From assembly GCA_963705885.1 (NCBI GenBank), contig OY970120.1, positions 3,563,876-3,627,875 of the forward strand: 64,000 nt of DNA. The letters run 5' to 3'. Shown here piece by piece: positions 27,729 to 36,986 of this stretch. The notes under the pieces are model-generated. The model was not told where the DNA came from and searched no databases. It was given only the letters and a program-made list of their open reading frames with translations. The number at the start of each line of letters is the position of its first letter. Positions within the stretch are counted from its first letter, which is position 1. This DNA comes from an uncultured Actinomycetota bacterium (GTDB taxonomy: Bacteria; Actinomycetota; Actinomycetes; JACCUZ01). The position numbers and the translations under genes were made by a program.

Positions 27729-27832
27729 GACGCGTTCCTCTCTGGCGACCGGAGCGGGTCGGTCCGACCCGAGATGGACGCTAGGAGCGACTTCTTTCCC
27801 GGTCCTTACGGGCGGCGGTCCGCCCGCGAAAC

Positions 27833-29056
27833 TCACCGCGGGACCGACACCGCGAACCGCGACCCCACCGATCCGCTCTCGGCGGTGATCCGCCCGCCGA
27901 GCGCCTCGACGATGCGTCTGGCGATGGCCAGGCCCAGCCCGGCGCCGTGCACGTGGCGCGCGGGGTCGGCGCGGAAGAACGGCTCGAAGACCCTGTCCAG
28001 GTCGTCCGGGGCGATGCCGGACCCGGTGTCCTCCACCTCCATCTCGAGGTGGCGCTGCGTGCAGGTGACGGCGAGGCGCACGGTGCCGTCGGCCGGGGTG
28101 TGCTGGACGGCGTTGAGCAGCAGCGTGTGCAGCACCCGCTCGATGCGCGGCGAGCAGGTGACGTCCCGGGTGCCGTCGACCTCGGTCACGACGCTCAGCC
28201 GCTTCTCCGCGACGCCGTGCGCGACCGAGGCGAGCGCGCTGTCGACAAGGTCCCCCACGCGCGTCCGGCGGGTCTCGGCGGCGATCGCCCCGGCCTCGAG
28301 CCGACTGAACTCGAACAGGTCGTCGACGAGCCGGCTGATCTGGTTGACAGAGACGCTCATCTCGCCGGCGTACCTGCGCAGCGTCGCGGGGTCGTCCACG
28401 ACCTCGTCGGCCACCGCCTCCACCATCGCCCGCAGGCTCGCCAGCGGGGTGCGCAGGTCGTGCGAGACGGCGGCCACGAGGTCACGACGGACCTGCTCGC
28501 CGTGCTGCTCGCGGCGCTGCGCCGCCTGCAGCCGGTCGGCCATGTCGTCCAGCGTCCTGGCCAGCGCGGCGAGCTCGGGCCCGGCGTCGCGGACCCGCGA
28601 GTCGCCCTGCCGGTCGGCGCGGACGCCGAGGTCGCCCTCGCCCAGGCGGCGCGCCGTCCGCCCCAGGTGGGCGACGGCGTCGCTGGTGGCGCCGGCCAGG
28701 ACCAGAGCGGCGGCGACGCTGACCCCGAGCGAGTAGACGAGCAGGGTCGCGAGCAGCGTCGCGTCGTGGGTGCTCACGAACATGGCCGCGGTGAGGGCCG
28801 CGAGGTTCGCCAGGGCGAACGCGACGGCCAGGGTGGCCACGGCTCCGAACCGCTGGCTCAGCGTCGCCGCACGCAGCAGCGGCCGGACTCCTGCCGCGAC
28901 GAGCAGCGTCACCACCGCCGCGGGCAGCAGCAGGGACACCAGCTCGGTCAGGGCCGTGGCGTCCATGCCCGTCGAGGCGGCGACGACCAGCGCACCGGCG
29001 GCGCCGGCCGCGGCGACCGCCGCCGGCAGCAGCATGACCCGCCAGCGGCCGGTCAC
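27833..29056 (-). CDS. Sensor histidine kinase (HAMP-HisKA-HATPase)
   Basis: H-box AAVSHDLRTPLASL, N-box LLNAVQHTP, G-boxes DTGSGI and GAGLGLAI. The GTG at 29056 overlaps the response-regulator stop. The track start at 29083 is the alternative. Confidence 0.85.
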   Translation of the reverse strand: MTGRWRVMLLPAAVAAAGAAGALVVAASTGMDATALTELVSLLLPAAVVTLLVAAGVRPLLRAATLSQRFGAVATLAVAFALANLAALTAAMFVSTHDATLLATLLVYSLGVSVAAALVLAGATSDAVAHLGRTARRLGEGDLGVRADRQGDSRVRDAGPELAALARTLDDMADRLQAAQRREQHGEQVRRDLVAAVSHDLRTPLASLRAMVEAVADEVVDDPATLRRYAGEMSVSVNQISRLVDDLFEFSRLEAGAIAAETRRTRVGDLVDSALASVAHGVAEKRLSVVTEVDGTRDVTCSPRIERVLHTLLLNAVQHTPADGTVRLAVTCTQRHLEMEVEDTGSGIAPDDLDRVFEPFFRADPARHVHGAGLGLAIARRIVEALGGRITAESGSVGSRFAVSVPR

Positions 29057-29751
29057 GGCTCGAACCGGTAGCCGACGCCCCACACCGTCACCAGGTGGCG
29101 CGGGTCGGCGGGGTCGACCTCGATCTTCTCGCGCAGCCGCCGCACGTGGACGGTCACCGTGGAGCTGTCGCCCTCCCAGGCGAAGTCCCAGACCGCGGCG
29201 AGCAGCTGCGACCGGGTGAACGTCTGCGCCGGGTGGGAGCAGAGGTACGCGAGGAGGTCGAACTCCTTGCGCGTCAGCGACAGGGGGGTGCCGTCCCGGG
29301 ACACCTCGCGGCGGCCGTGGTCGAGCACGAGGTGGCCGTACCGGCGCACGGCGGGCTCGGTCGCGGGGGCGCCGCCCGCGGTCCGGCGCAGCACGGCCCG
29401 GACCCGCGCCACCACCTCGCGCGGCGAGAAGGGCTTGGTCACGTAGTCGTCCGCGCCGATCTCGAGGCCCACCACCCGGTCGGTCTCGCTGCCCCGAGCG
29501 GTGAGCATGATGACCGGCGTGTCGGCGCGCGCCCGCAGCTGTCGCAGCACCTCGTAGCCGTCGACGTGCGGGAGCATCAGGTCGAGGAGCACGAGGTCGA
29601 GGTCCGCGTCCTCCAGCCGGGCCAGGGCCTGCGCGCCGTCGGCGGCGACGGACACCGCGAATCCCTCGCGCCGCAGGTAGCGGGCGAGCACCTCGCGGAC
29701 CATCGGCTCGTCGTCGACCACCAGGACCTGCGTGCGGCGGTCGGCGGTCAC
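29053..29751 (-). CDS. OmpR/PhoB-type response regulator
   Basis: VLVVDDEP ... DLVLLDLMLP ... receiver domain, then a winged-helix output LTRKEFDLLAYL ... TVWGVGYRF. Confidence 0.9.
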   Translation of the reverse strand: MTADRRTQVLVVDDEPMVREVLARYLRREGFAVSVAADGAQALARLEDADLDLVLLDLMLPHVDGYEVLRQLRARADTPVIMLTARGSETDRVVGLEIGADDYVTKPFSPREVVARVRAVLRRTAGGAPATEPAVRRYGHLVLDHGRREVSRDGTPLSLTRKEFDLLAYLCSHPAQTFTRSQLLAAVWDFAWEGDSSTVTVHVRRLREKIEVDPADPRHLVTVWGVGYRFEP

Positions 29752-29785
29752 CGACCCATCATGACCCGCAGATGTTGCCGATCCC

Positions 29786-30451
29786 TTACGCCTGGTGGAC
29801 CAGGACCTCGTCCAGCGGCTTGCGGCTCAGGTCGGGCACCTGGGCGTCCTCGGCCGGGTAGCCGACCGGGATCACGACGAACGGTCGCTCCTCGCGCGGC
29901 CGGCCCAGGATCTCGGTGACGAACCGCATGGGGCTCGGCGTGTGCGTGAGTGTGGCCAGCCCGGCCTGGTGCAGCGCGGCGAGCAGGAACCCGACGGCGA
30001 TGCCGACCGACTCCTTCACGTAGTAGGGCTTCGGGCTCGCCGGTCCCTTGTGCACCTCCATGACCACGATGACGTACGGCGCGTCCTCGAGGAAGGGCTT
30101 GCGCCAGTCGGTGCCGAGCGGGGCCAGCGCGTCCAGCCACTCGTCGGACGCGCGGTCCGCGTAGAACCTGCGCTCCTCGTCCTCGGCGGCCTCGCGCAGC
30201 AGGCGTTTGCGCGCCGGGTCGGACACGACCACGAAGCGCCACGGCTGCACGTGCGCCCCGCTGGGGGCGGTCGACGCGACCCTGATGGCGGTCTCGACCA
30301 GGTCGAACGGCACGGGTCGCGGGGAGAAGTCGCGGATGGTGCGCCGGGAGGCCATCGTGGCCAGGAACGCCTGCTGCGCAGAGCGGGCCTCCTCGACGGT
30401 GCGCGTGTCCCCCGGCGCGGCCACCGTGACGTGTCGTGGGTTGCAGCTCAT
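29786..30451 (-). CDS. Nitroreductase family protein
   Basis: 221 aa from MSCNPRH. Contains RRTIRDFSPRPVP ... APSGAHVQPWRFVVV ... IPVGYPA. The track ORF (to 32413) is over-extended antisense to tlpA/ccdA. Confidence 0.85.
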   Translation of the reverse strand: MSCNPRHVTVAAPGDTRTVEEARSAQQAFLATMASRRTIRDFSPRPVPFDLVETAIRVASTAPSGAHVQPWRFVVVSDPARKRLLREAAEDEERRFYADRASDEWLDALAPLGTDWRKPFLEDAPYVIVVMEVHKGPASPKPYYVKESVGIAVGFLLAALHQAGLATLTHTPSPMRFVTEILGRPREERPFVVIPVGYPAEDAQVPDLSRKPLDEVLVHQA

Positions 30452-30556
30452 GGTGCGACGCTCCCGGTGCGGACGACCTGCGGCGGCCGGCCGGTCGCCG
30501 TACGTCATGCTCGTGCCTACGGCGCGGCGTGGTCCAACCAGTCCGCGGGCGCGCCG

Positions 30557-30583
30557 GGAACGAATGCGGGTCCCCGCCGGGTT
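30557..30583 (+). promoter_or_regulatory. Candidate SigH/ECF-type promoter (GGAAC-N19-GTT) upstream of the TlpA-CcdA-AAA+ operon
   Basis: GGAAC at 30557-30561, a 19-nt spacer, GTT at 30581-30583. It lies about 30 nt upstream of the ATG at 30615. Confidence 0.4.
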
Positions 30584-30614
30584 ACCAGCGCAGAGCCCAC
30601 CCACCGGAGGACCG

Positions 30615-31172
30615 ATGACTGCCAGGCTCCGACTCGGCCTCGCCGGCGCGGCGCTGCTCGTGCTCACCGCGTGCGGGGGCGCCGCCACGACGACGTCCGG
30701 GCAGCAGCCCGGCGCGGACCCCGGCCAGGGCTCCGCTCCGTCGTCCGGAGCGCGCGCCGACGCCGGGCCCGCCGGATCGGGCATCACCGCGAGCACGCTC
30801 GACGGTGCCGCGTTCGACTTCGCCGACCTGTCCGGCCGTCCCACCGTCCTGTGGTTCTGGGCGCCCTGGTGCACCATCTGCCGGGCCGAGGCTCCCGAGA
30901 TCGCCGACGCCGCGGAGCGGCTGGGCGACGACGTCACCGTCCTCGGCGTCCCGGGCCGCGGCGAGGTGCCGGACATGGAGCGGTTCGTGTCCGACACCGG
31001 GGTCGGCGACCTGGTGCACGTGGTCGACACCGACGGCGAGATCTGGAGCACGTTCGGGGTCATCAGCCAGCCGGCGTTCGCCTTCATCGACGAGGCCGGC
31101 AACGCGCGGGTCGTCAACGGCGCGATGGGCGGCGACGACTTCGAGCAGGCGGCGCGGGACCTGCTGGGCTGA
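30615..31172 (+). CDS. TlpA/ResA-like thiol:disulfide oxidoreductase lipoprotein
   Basis: Lipobox LLVLTAC, then WFWAPWCTICRAEAP (CxxC thioredoxin fold). Confidence 0.85.
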   Translation: MTARLRLGLAGAALLVLTACGGAATTTSGQQPGADPGQGSAPSSGARADAGPAGSGITASTLDGAAFDFADLSGRPTVLWFWAPWCTICRAEAPEIADAAERLGDDVTVLGVPGRGEVPDMERFVSDTGVGDLVHVVDTDGEIWSTFGVISQPAFAFIDEAGNARVVNGAMGGDDFEQAARDLLG

Positions 31173-31174
31173 CG

Positions 31175-32047
31175 GTGGGCACCGTCGAGCTTCCCCTCGC
31201 ACTGGCCCTCGTGGCCGGGGCCGTCGCCGCGGTGAACCCCTGCGGGTTCGCCCTGCTCCCGGCCTACCTCGCCATGCTCGTGACCGACGCGCCCGACGGC
31301 GCCGCCGAGGGCACCCGAGGGCAGGTCCTGCGGGCCGCCCGGTTCAGCCTGGCCATGACGGCCGGCTTCGTCGCCGTCTTCGGCGTGTTCGGGGCGGTCA
31401 TCGCCCGGCTCAGCCTCTCGGTCGAGCGCTACCTGCCGGTGGTGACCCTGGTGATCGGGGCCGTCCTCGTCGCGCTCGGGGTCTGGGTGCTCCGGGGCGG
31501 GCACGTCCCCGGGGTCAGGTTCGCCGGCCGGGTCGGCCTGGCGCCCCGCAGCACGCTCGGGTCCCAGGTCCTCTACGGCGTGGCCTTCGCCGCCGCCTCG
31601 CTGTCGTGCACCATCGGCCCGTTCCTCGCGGTGACCGGTGCGGCGGCCCGCACGGCCGACACCGGCGGCGTCCTGCTGGTCTTCGTCGTGTACGCGCTCG
31701 GGATGGGCACGGTGGTCACCGCGCTCGCCATGGCGGTCGCACTGGCGCAGGGGTCCCTCGTGCAGCGGCTGCGCAACGCGACCCCCGTCATCGAGCGCAT
31801 CAGCGGTCTGCTCCTGGTGCTCGCCGGTGCGTACATCGCGTGGTACGCCTGGTTCGAGATCAGGGTGCTGTCCGGGCGCTCGACCGGCGACCCGGTCGTC
31901 GACGCCGCCGGGCGGCTGCAGACCGAGCTGAGCCAGGCGGTCGCCGGCCTCGGGACGGTCGGGCTGACGCTCCTCGCCGTCGCGGCGCTCGCGGGCATCA
32001 CCGGGCTCGCCGTGACCGGTCGCCGGAAGGCCACCGCACGACGCTGA
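31175..32047 (+). CDS. ccdA: Cytochrome c biogenesis / thiol-reductant transporter CcdA family
   Basis: AAVNPCGFALLPAYL and ASLSCTIGPFL (two conserved Cys in TM helices), with about 6 TM segments. The GTG lies 2 nt after the tlpA-like stop. Confidence 0.85.
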   Translation: MGTVELPLALALVAGAVAAVNPCGFALLPAYLAMLVTDAPDGAAEGTRGQVLRAARFSLAMTAGFVAVFGVFGAVIARLSLSVERYLPVVTLVIGAVLVALGVWVLRGGHVPGVRFAGRVGLAPRSTLGSQVLYGVAFAAASLSCTIGPFLAVTGAAARTADTGGVLLVFVVYALGMGTVVTALAMAVALAQGSLVQRLRNATPVIERISGLLLVLAGAYIAWYAWFEIRVLSGRSTGDPVVDAAGRLQTELSQAVAGLGTVGLTLLAVAALAGITGLAVTGRRKATARR

Positions 32048-32067
32048 CCCGCGTACGCTCCCCTGGC

Positions 32068-33585
32068 GTGACCGACGACGGCCCGCGCTCCACCCCCGAC
32101 GAGGCGCGGCAGTTCGCGCGCGCGTTCCGGGGCTTCCTCGACTGGATCCACGAGGACCACGGCGACGGCCGGCGCAACCCCGTCGTGGCGCTGGTCCGCG
32201 ACCACCTGGGCGCGGGTGTCGAGCAGTCGGTGCTCGGCAACGAGCTGCCCGTCTTCGAGCAGGTGAACCTGCAGGTGGCCCTGGACGTGTGGACGGCTGC
32301 GGACGACCGCTCCGTGTCGGTCCACGGCGTGGCCCTCCCGCCGCACTACGAGCCACCCGTCCTGCAGCAGGTCGTGCACGGTGAGGGGCTCGGGCCGGTG
32401 CGGCTCGCGGCACCCGACCTGGTCGACCTGCCGTCCGGACCTGACCGGACCCAGGCCTGCCTCCGCCGAGCGATCCTGCTGGTCGAGGACGACCGCGGCC
32501 GCTACGTGGTGATGGTGCGCGGGCCGGAGCGGCACCAGGAGCCGCTGTTGTCGGTCGAGGTGGCGGGCCTCCCGACCCACCAGGCGCAGGCTGTCCTGCA
32601 CGAGCTCGCCGAGCTGCGCCGACGCCTGAACGTCCACCGCGGGCAGGTCATCGAGCTCGTCCCCGGGCCCGGCGGGATCACTGTCGTCTTCCCCGTCCTG
32701 CCTGCGACGCCGCGCGAGGACGTCGTGCTGCCCGAGGAGACCTTGCGCCGCGTCGAGCGGCACACGCTGGACGTCATGGCCCATCGCGACGCGCTGCGCG
32801 AAGCCGGACAGCACCTCAAGCGCGGCCTGCTGCTCTTCGGTCCGCCAGGCACCGGCAAGACCCACACCACCCGCTACGTCGTGCAGCAGCTCCGGGGCGC
32901 CACGGTGATCCTGCTCTCGGGACAGTCGCTGCACGCGGTCGGAATGGTCGCGCAGATGGCCCGCGACCTCCAGCCGGCGGTGCTCGTGCTCGAGGACGTC
33001 GACCTCGTGGCGGAGGACCGTGGCTTCGGCCCCGGTCCCAACCCGGTGCTCTTCTCGCTGCTGGACGCGATGGACGGCGCCGCCGCCGACGCGGACGTGC
33101 TCTTCCTGCTGACGACCAACCGGGCGGACTTGCTCGAGCCGGCCCTGGCTGCCCGGCCCGGGCGGGTGGACGTCGCCGTCGAGATCCCGCTGCCCGACGT
33201 CGACGCCCGGCGCCGGCTGCTCGCCGTCTACACCCGCGGTGTCCCGCTGGACCTCGCTGATGCCGAGGTCGACGACGTGGTGGCCAGGACCGAGGGCGTG
33301 ACGGCCTCCTTCGTCAAGGAGCTCGTCCGCCGCTCGGTCCTCGAGGCACTGACCGCGGGCCGTCCCGCGGGCGAGCCGCTCACGGCCGACGTGGTGACCC
33401 GCGCGCTGGACGACCTGCTCGACAGCGGCCAGGCCGTCACCCGTGCGCTCCTCGGGGTCGGCGGCGACGGCAGCGCCACGGGGCGGGCCGCCGGCGGGCA
33501 CACCGGAACGGGCTGGATGGTGCATGGTCCGGCCGGCCCCTCGCCGGGGTACGCCGGCAGCTACTCCATCGAGTTCGACGAGTGA
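32068..33585 (+). CDS. AAA+ ATPase with uncharacterised ~230-aa N-terminal domain
   Basis: Walker A LLLFGPPGTGKTH, Walker B VLVLEDVD, sensor-1 LLTTN, and ARPGRVD. The N-terminal domain belongs to no family I can name with certainty. The GTG lies 20 nt after the ccdA stop. Confidence 0.85.
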   Translation: MTDDGPRSTPDEARQFARAFRGFLDWIHEDHGDGRRNPVVALVRDHLGAGVEQSVLGNELPVFEQVNLQVALDVWTAADDRSVSVHGVALPPHYEPPVLQQVVHGEGLGPVRLAAPDLVDLPSGPDRTQACLRRAILLVEDDRGRYVVMVRGPERHQEPLLSVEVAGLPTHQAQAVLHELAELRRRLNVHRGQVIELVPGPGGITVVFPVLPATPREDVVLPEETLRRVERHTLDVMAHRDALREAGQHLKRGLLLFGPPGTGKTHTTRYVVQQLRGATVILLSGQSLHAVGMVAQMARDLQPAVLVLEDVDLVAEDRGFGPGPNPVLFSLLDAMDGAAADADVLFLLTTNRADLLEPALAARPGRVDVAVEIPLPDVDARRRLLAVYTRGVPLDLADAEVDDVVARTEGVTASFVKELVRRSVLEALTAGRPAGEPLTADVVTRALDDLLDSGQAVTRALLGVGGDGSATGRAAGGHTGTGWMVHGPAGPSPGYAGSYSIEFDE

Positions 33586-33597
33586 GCCCGATGCCCT

Positions 33598-35388
33598 TCA
33601 CAGGTCCAGGGTGACGGCGTCGAGCGGCACGGCGCAGCAGGCCAGGGCGTTCCCCTCGGCGGGGTCCTCGACCGGCTCCGGGTCGTAGGCGACGCTGCCA
33701 CTGGTGAGACCGACCTCGCAGGTGTGGCACACCCCGGTCCGGCAGGACCACCGCACCGGGACGTCGCAGGCCTCCGCCAGCTCGAGCACGCTCGCGTACC
33801 GCGGGTCCCATGAGGTGGACAGCCCACTGCGCGCGAAGGCGACCTCCGGGCCCTGCCCGGGCGGACCGCTGGGAGGGTGCGGGCGCACCGGTGCGGCGAC
33901 CGCGATCCCCGGCGTGATGCCGGGCAGCGGGGAGAACAGCTCGGTGTGGACCCTGGCCTGGTCGAGTCCGGTCGCCGCGAGCGCGGCCCGCATGTCGTCG
34001 AGGAACCCCGGCGGCCCGCAGACGTACGCGCGCGCCCCGGGGGTCAGGCCGAGCGAGGCGAGCAGCGCGGCGGTGGGACGTCCCCGGTGCGTGAAGTCGC
34101 GACCCTCACGGTCGTCCGGGAGCGGTCGGCTGTAGCAGACCGCACCGCGGGCGCGGGGCAGTCGAGCGAGCAGAGCCCGCGCCTCCCCGGCGAACGCGTG
34201 CTCGCGGCTGTTGCGCGCAGCGTGCACCCACCACACCCGGCGATCGCCGGGCGACTCCGCGAGGGCGTGGAGCATGGCGAGGACCGGGGTGACACCGATG
34301 CCGGCCGAGAGCAGCAGCACCGGCGACGCGTCGGCGGCGAGGGTGAAACCGCCGCGCGGGGCGGCGACGTCGAGGTCGCTGCCGGCGCGGACCGTGTCGT
34401 GGACCAGGGCGCCCGCGACGCCGCCCGGCTCCAGCTTGACGCCGAGCCGGTAGTGCGGGGCGGCAGGGGACCCCGACAGCGAGTAGCTGCGCGTGACCTC
34501 GACACCGTCCGCTCCCGCGATGCGGACCGCGACGAACTGACCGGGAAGCGGCACCGGGAGCGGCCGGCCGTCCGCGGAGCCCAGCCGCAGCGACACGACC
34601 GAAGGGGTCTCGGGCACCCGGTCGGTCACGCGCAGCCGCCGGAAGCCCGGCCACGCCGGTCCGGGCCTCCGGGCGGCGTCGGTCAGACCGGCGTTGCCGG
34701 ACGAGCCGGGGATCGATGCCTGCGCCACGAGCGCCTCGAACGAGCCGCGCCACCCGGGGCTGAGCGCCTCGATCCGCAGTGCCCGCTCGACCTCGGGTGG
34801 GTCACGACCGGGCAGGTAGAGCAGCGCGTCGACCTGCGCGACCGTCATCCGCTCGGGACCGACAGCGACCCGCTCGATCACGTCGCCGGCCCGCACCTCT
34901 CCCTCACGCAGCACCCGCAGGTAGAAGCCCGGGCGGTGATGGGCCACGAGCAGCGCGGGCAGCCGGGGCTCGTCCAGCCGCATCCCGACGCGGTAGCAGG
35001 TGACCCGCGGCTGGCTTACCTCGAACAGCGCCGACCCGACGGCGTAGCGGTCACCGATGCAGACCTCGTCGTCGCCCAGGCCGTCGACGGTGAGGTTCTC
35101 GCCGAAGGCGCCGGGCGTCAGGTCGTCGCGGGTCAGCTCGCGGGCCCAGTGCCGGTAGGCCCCGGCCTGGTAGACGAGCACGGCGCGGTGCGGGCCGCCG
35201 TGACCGGCGAGGTCACCCTGGCCGTCGCCGTCGAGGTTGAGCGTCCGGACGGCGACCGGCCCGCGGACCGGCACCTTCCAGATGCCGGTGTGCACGGTCC
35301 GGTCGCGCCACCGCACGTCGCGGGGCAGCCCGACGTTGACCGACAGCAGCCGCCCGGCGGGCCCGCCCCCCGATGGCGCGGTCGTCAT
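33598..35388 (-). CDS. MOSC domain - FAD/NAD(P) ferredoxin-reductase - 2Fe-2S ferredoxin fusion protein
   Basis: N-terminal MOSC (GIWKVPV ... GFGENLT ... SQPRVTCYRVG). Central FNR-like part (RSYSLS, LLLSAGIGVTPVL). C-terminal CRTGVCHTCE ... C. Confidence 0.85.
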   Translation of the reverse strand: MTTAPSGGGPAGRLLSVNVGLPRDVRWRDRTVHTGIWKVPVRGPVAVRTLNLDGDGQGDLAGHGGPHRAVLVYQAGAYRHWARELTRDDLTPGAFGENLTVDGLGDDEVCIGDRYAVGSALFEVSQPRVTCYRVGMRLDEPRLPALLVAHHRPGFYLRVLREGEVRAGDVIERVAVGPERMTVAQVDALLYLPGRDPPEVERALRIEALSPGWRGSFEALVAQASIPGSSGNAGLTDAARRPGPAWPGFRRLRVTDRVPETPSVVSLRLGSADGRPLPVPLPGQFVAVRIAGADGVEVTRSYSLSGSPAAPHYRLGVKLEPGGVAGALVHDTVRAGSDLDVAAPRGGFTLAADASPVLLLSAGIGVTPVLAMLHALAESPGDRRVWWVHAARNSREHAFAGEARALLARLPRARGAVCYSRPLPDDREGRDFTHRGRPTAALLASLGLTPGARAYVCGPPGFLDDMRAALAATGLDQARVHTELFSPLPGITPGIAVAAPVRPHPPSGPPGQGPEVAFARSGLSTSWDPRYASVLELAEACDVPVRWSCRTGVCHTCEVGLTSGSVAYDPEPVEDPAEGNALACCAVPLDAVTLDL

Positions 35389-35396
35389 GTCGGCGC

Positions 35397-35726
35397 TCAG
35401 GCGGGCAGGCGCAGCAGGCGCGTCCCGGACTGGACGAAGCGGTTCCCGTGCTCACGGGTCGCACCACCGGTCCAGGAACGCGCGTCACGGGACGAGGGCT
35501 CGGCGCCCCGCTGACCCGTCGGCCGATCGGGTGTCGGCGCCGAGCCGGACAGCAGTCCCGGGCCCACGACCGACGCCAGCAGGACGGCTGCGACGGCACC
35601 GGCGAGGCCCGCGCCGCGACCGCCCGGCGGGATCAGGCGTCGCCACCGGACCGCGTGCCCGGGCTCCGCGCCACCGGCGATCTCGTCACGGTCGCCGGGA
35701 CCGGCCGGCGCGCCGGGGCCGTCCAC
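35397..35726 (-). CDS. Hypothetical small membrane protein
   Basis: The GTG at 35726 overlaps the anti-sigma TAG. It has one hydrophobic helix (AGLAGAVAAVLLASVVGPGLL). By hand count, about 85 percent of its codons end in G/C. Confidence 0.4.
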   Translation of the reverse strand: MDGPGAPAGPGDRDEIAGGAEPGHAVRWRRLIPPGGRGAGLAGAVAAVLLASVVGPGLLSGSAPTPDRPTGQRGAEPSSRDARSWTGGATREHGNRFVQSGTRLLRLPA

Positions 35727-36211
35727 TACGACGCTGCGATCCCGATGACGACCGCGGCGACCACGAGGACCGCCAGGACGGCGAGGAGCAGCGGGACGAT
35801 GCCGGAGGGGGGTCCGATGTCCTGCCTCTTGTCCGGGATGTGCCGCATGGGTCCTCTCCGCCGTGCGTCGGGCGTGCCGTGACCGTTCTTCGGCGCCGAG
35901 GTGCCGACCGGATGTGTCGCGGGCGGCACGGGCGTGTCGGCCGGGGCGGCGTCCCCTGCGCGGAAGGTGCGGAAGGCGGCCAGCAGCTCTGCCTGGGCGT
36001 CAGGGGGTAGCGTCTCGACCGGCACCCGGCCGAGCTCATCGATGGTGCGGCGCATCTGCTCGAGGTAGACCTGGCAGCCCTCGCACAGGGCGAGGTGCGC
36101 CTCGACCTCGGAGGTCAGGTCGGGCGGGAGCCCTCCCTCGAGGTACTCGGTGACCAGCTCGACGACCCCGCGGCAGTCGATCGACAGGCCGGGCGTTTCT
36201 CGGTCGTTCAT
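35726..36211 (-). CDS. Anti-sigma factor (zf-HC2 type, single-pass membrane)
   Basis: From MNDRETPG. HLALCEGC is the H-x3-C-x2-C motif. C-terminal TM helix IVPLLLAVLAVLVVAAVVIGI. 4-nt overlap with the sigma gene. Confidence 0.8.
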   Translation of the reverse strand: MNDRETPGLSIDCRGVVELVTEYLEGGLPPDLTSEVEAHLALCEGCQVYLEQMRRTIDELGRVPVETLPPDAQAELLAAFRTFRAGDAAPADTPVPPATHPVGTSAPKNGHGTPDARRRGPMRHIPDKRQDIGPPSGIVPLLLAVLAVLVVAAVVIGIAAS

Positions 36212-36930
36212 CGTCGTTCCCCGTCGTCTCGTCCCCGGTAGTAGTCCTCGAGCTCGGCCCGGACGTGCGCTCGCCCGCGATGGAGCAGGACGCGCTGGTT
36301 GGCCGGGCTGATGCTCAGGACGGTGCACACCTCCTCGGAGTCCATGCCGTGCACGTCGCGGAGGGTCACCACCACGCGCTGGCGCTCGGGGAGCCGGGCC
36401 AGCGCCTCGCCGACGCGGGCGCGGATCTCGGAGCCGAGGACGGAGCCCTCCGGGGTCGGCCAGGACGAGGGGGCGCCGATCGAGGTCCAGTGACCCGGCC
36501 AGTCGTCGTCGGGGGGGCGGAAGCGGTCGGCGTCGATCGCGGGACCGTCGTCGAGCGTCTCGGGCGCGAGCGCGGACATCGGGACGGTGCGGGCCTCGCG
36601 CACCCCCCGGGTCTTGGCCAGGTTGGTGAGGATCCGGAACACCCAGGTGCGCAGCGAGGATCGGCCCTCGAACGCGTCGAGCCCGCGGACGACGGCCATC
36701 CAGGTCTCCTGGACGATCTCCTCCGCAGAGGCCTCGGTCGAGACGTGGAACCGCGCGACACGGAGCATCATCGGCGACCACGAGCCGACGATCTCGGCGA
36801 ACGCGCCCTCGTCGCCGGCCCGCAGCCGGCGGAGGACGTCGTCCTCCACCGAGAGCCGCGGCTGGGGCAGGGTCAGGTCCGGCGCGGTGTCTCGAGCCAT
36901 GGCGGGCGCCTCCCGGGCAGGGGTCGCCAT
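36208..36930 (-). CDS. ECF (sigma-70 family) RNA polymerase sigma factor
   Basis: Region 2 EEIVQETWMAVVRGLDAFEGRSSLRTWVFRILTNLA. Region 4 RVVVTLRDVHGMDSEEVCTVLSISPANQRVLLHRGR. The start is either 36930 or 36900. The track start at 37026 would overlap the GH15 gene. Confidence 0.85.
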   Translation of the reverse strand: MATPAREAPAMARDTAPDLTLPQPRLSVEDDVLRRLRAGDEGAFAEIVGSWSPMMLRVARFHVSTEASAEEIVQETWMAVVRGLDAFEGRSSLRTWVFRILTNLAKTRGVREARTVPMSALAPETLDDGPAIDADRFRPPDDDWPGHWTSIGAPSSWPTPEGSVLGSEIRARVGEALARLPERQRVVVTLRDVHGMDSEEVCTVLSISPANQRVLLHRGRAHVRAELEDYYRGRDDGERR

Positions 36931-36986
36931 CGACTGTAGCCGCGCCCGGGTGTCGGCGGGAGGGCGCTCGAGGAGGGCCGCAGCCG

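Noticed and set aside
29786-32413. An 875-aa minus-strand ORF
   Set aside because: Only the C-terminal 221 aa (nitroreductase) look like protein. The remainder is antisense to tlpA, ccdA and the AAA+ gene, all of which have clear motifs on the plus strand.
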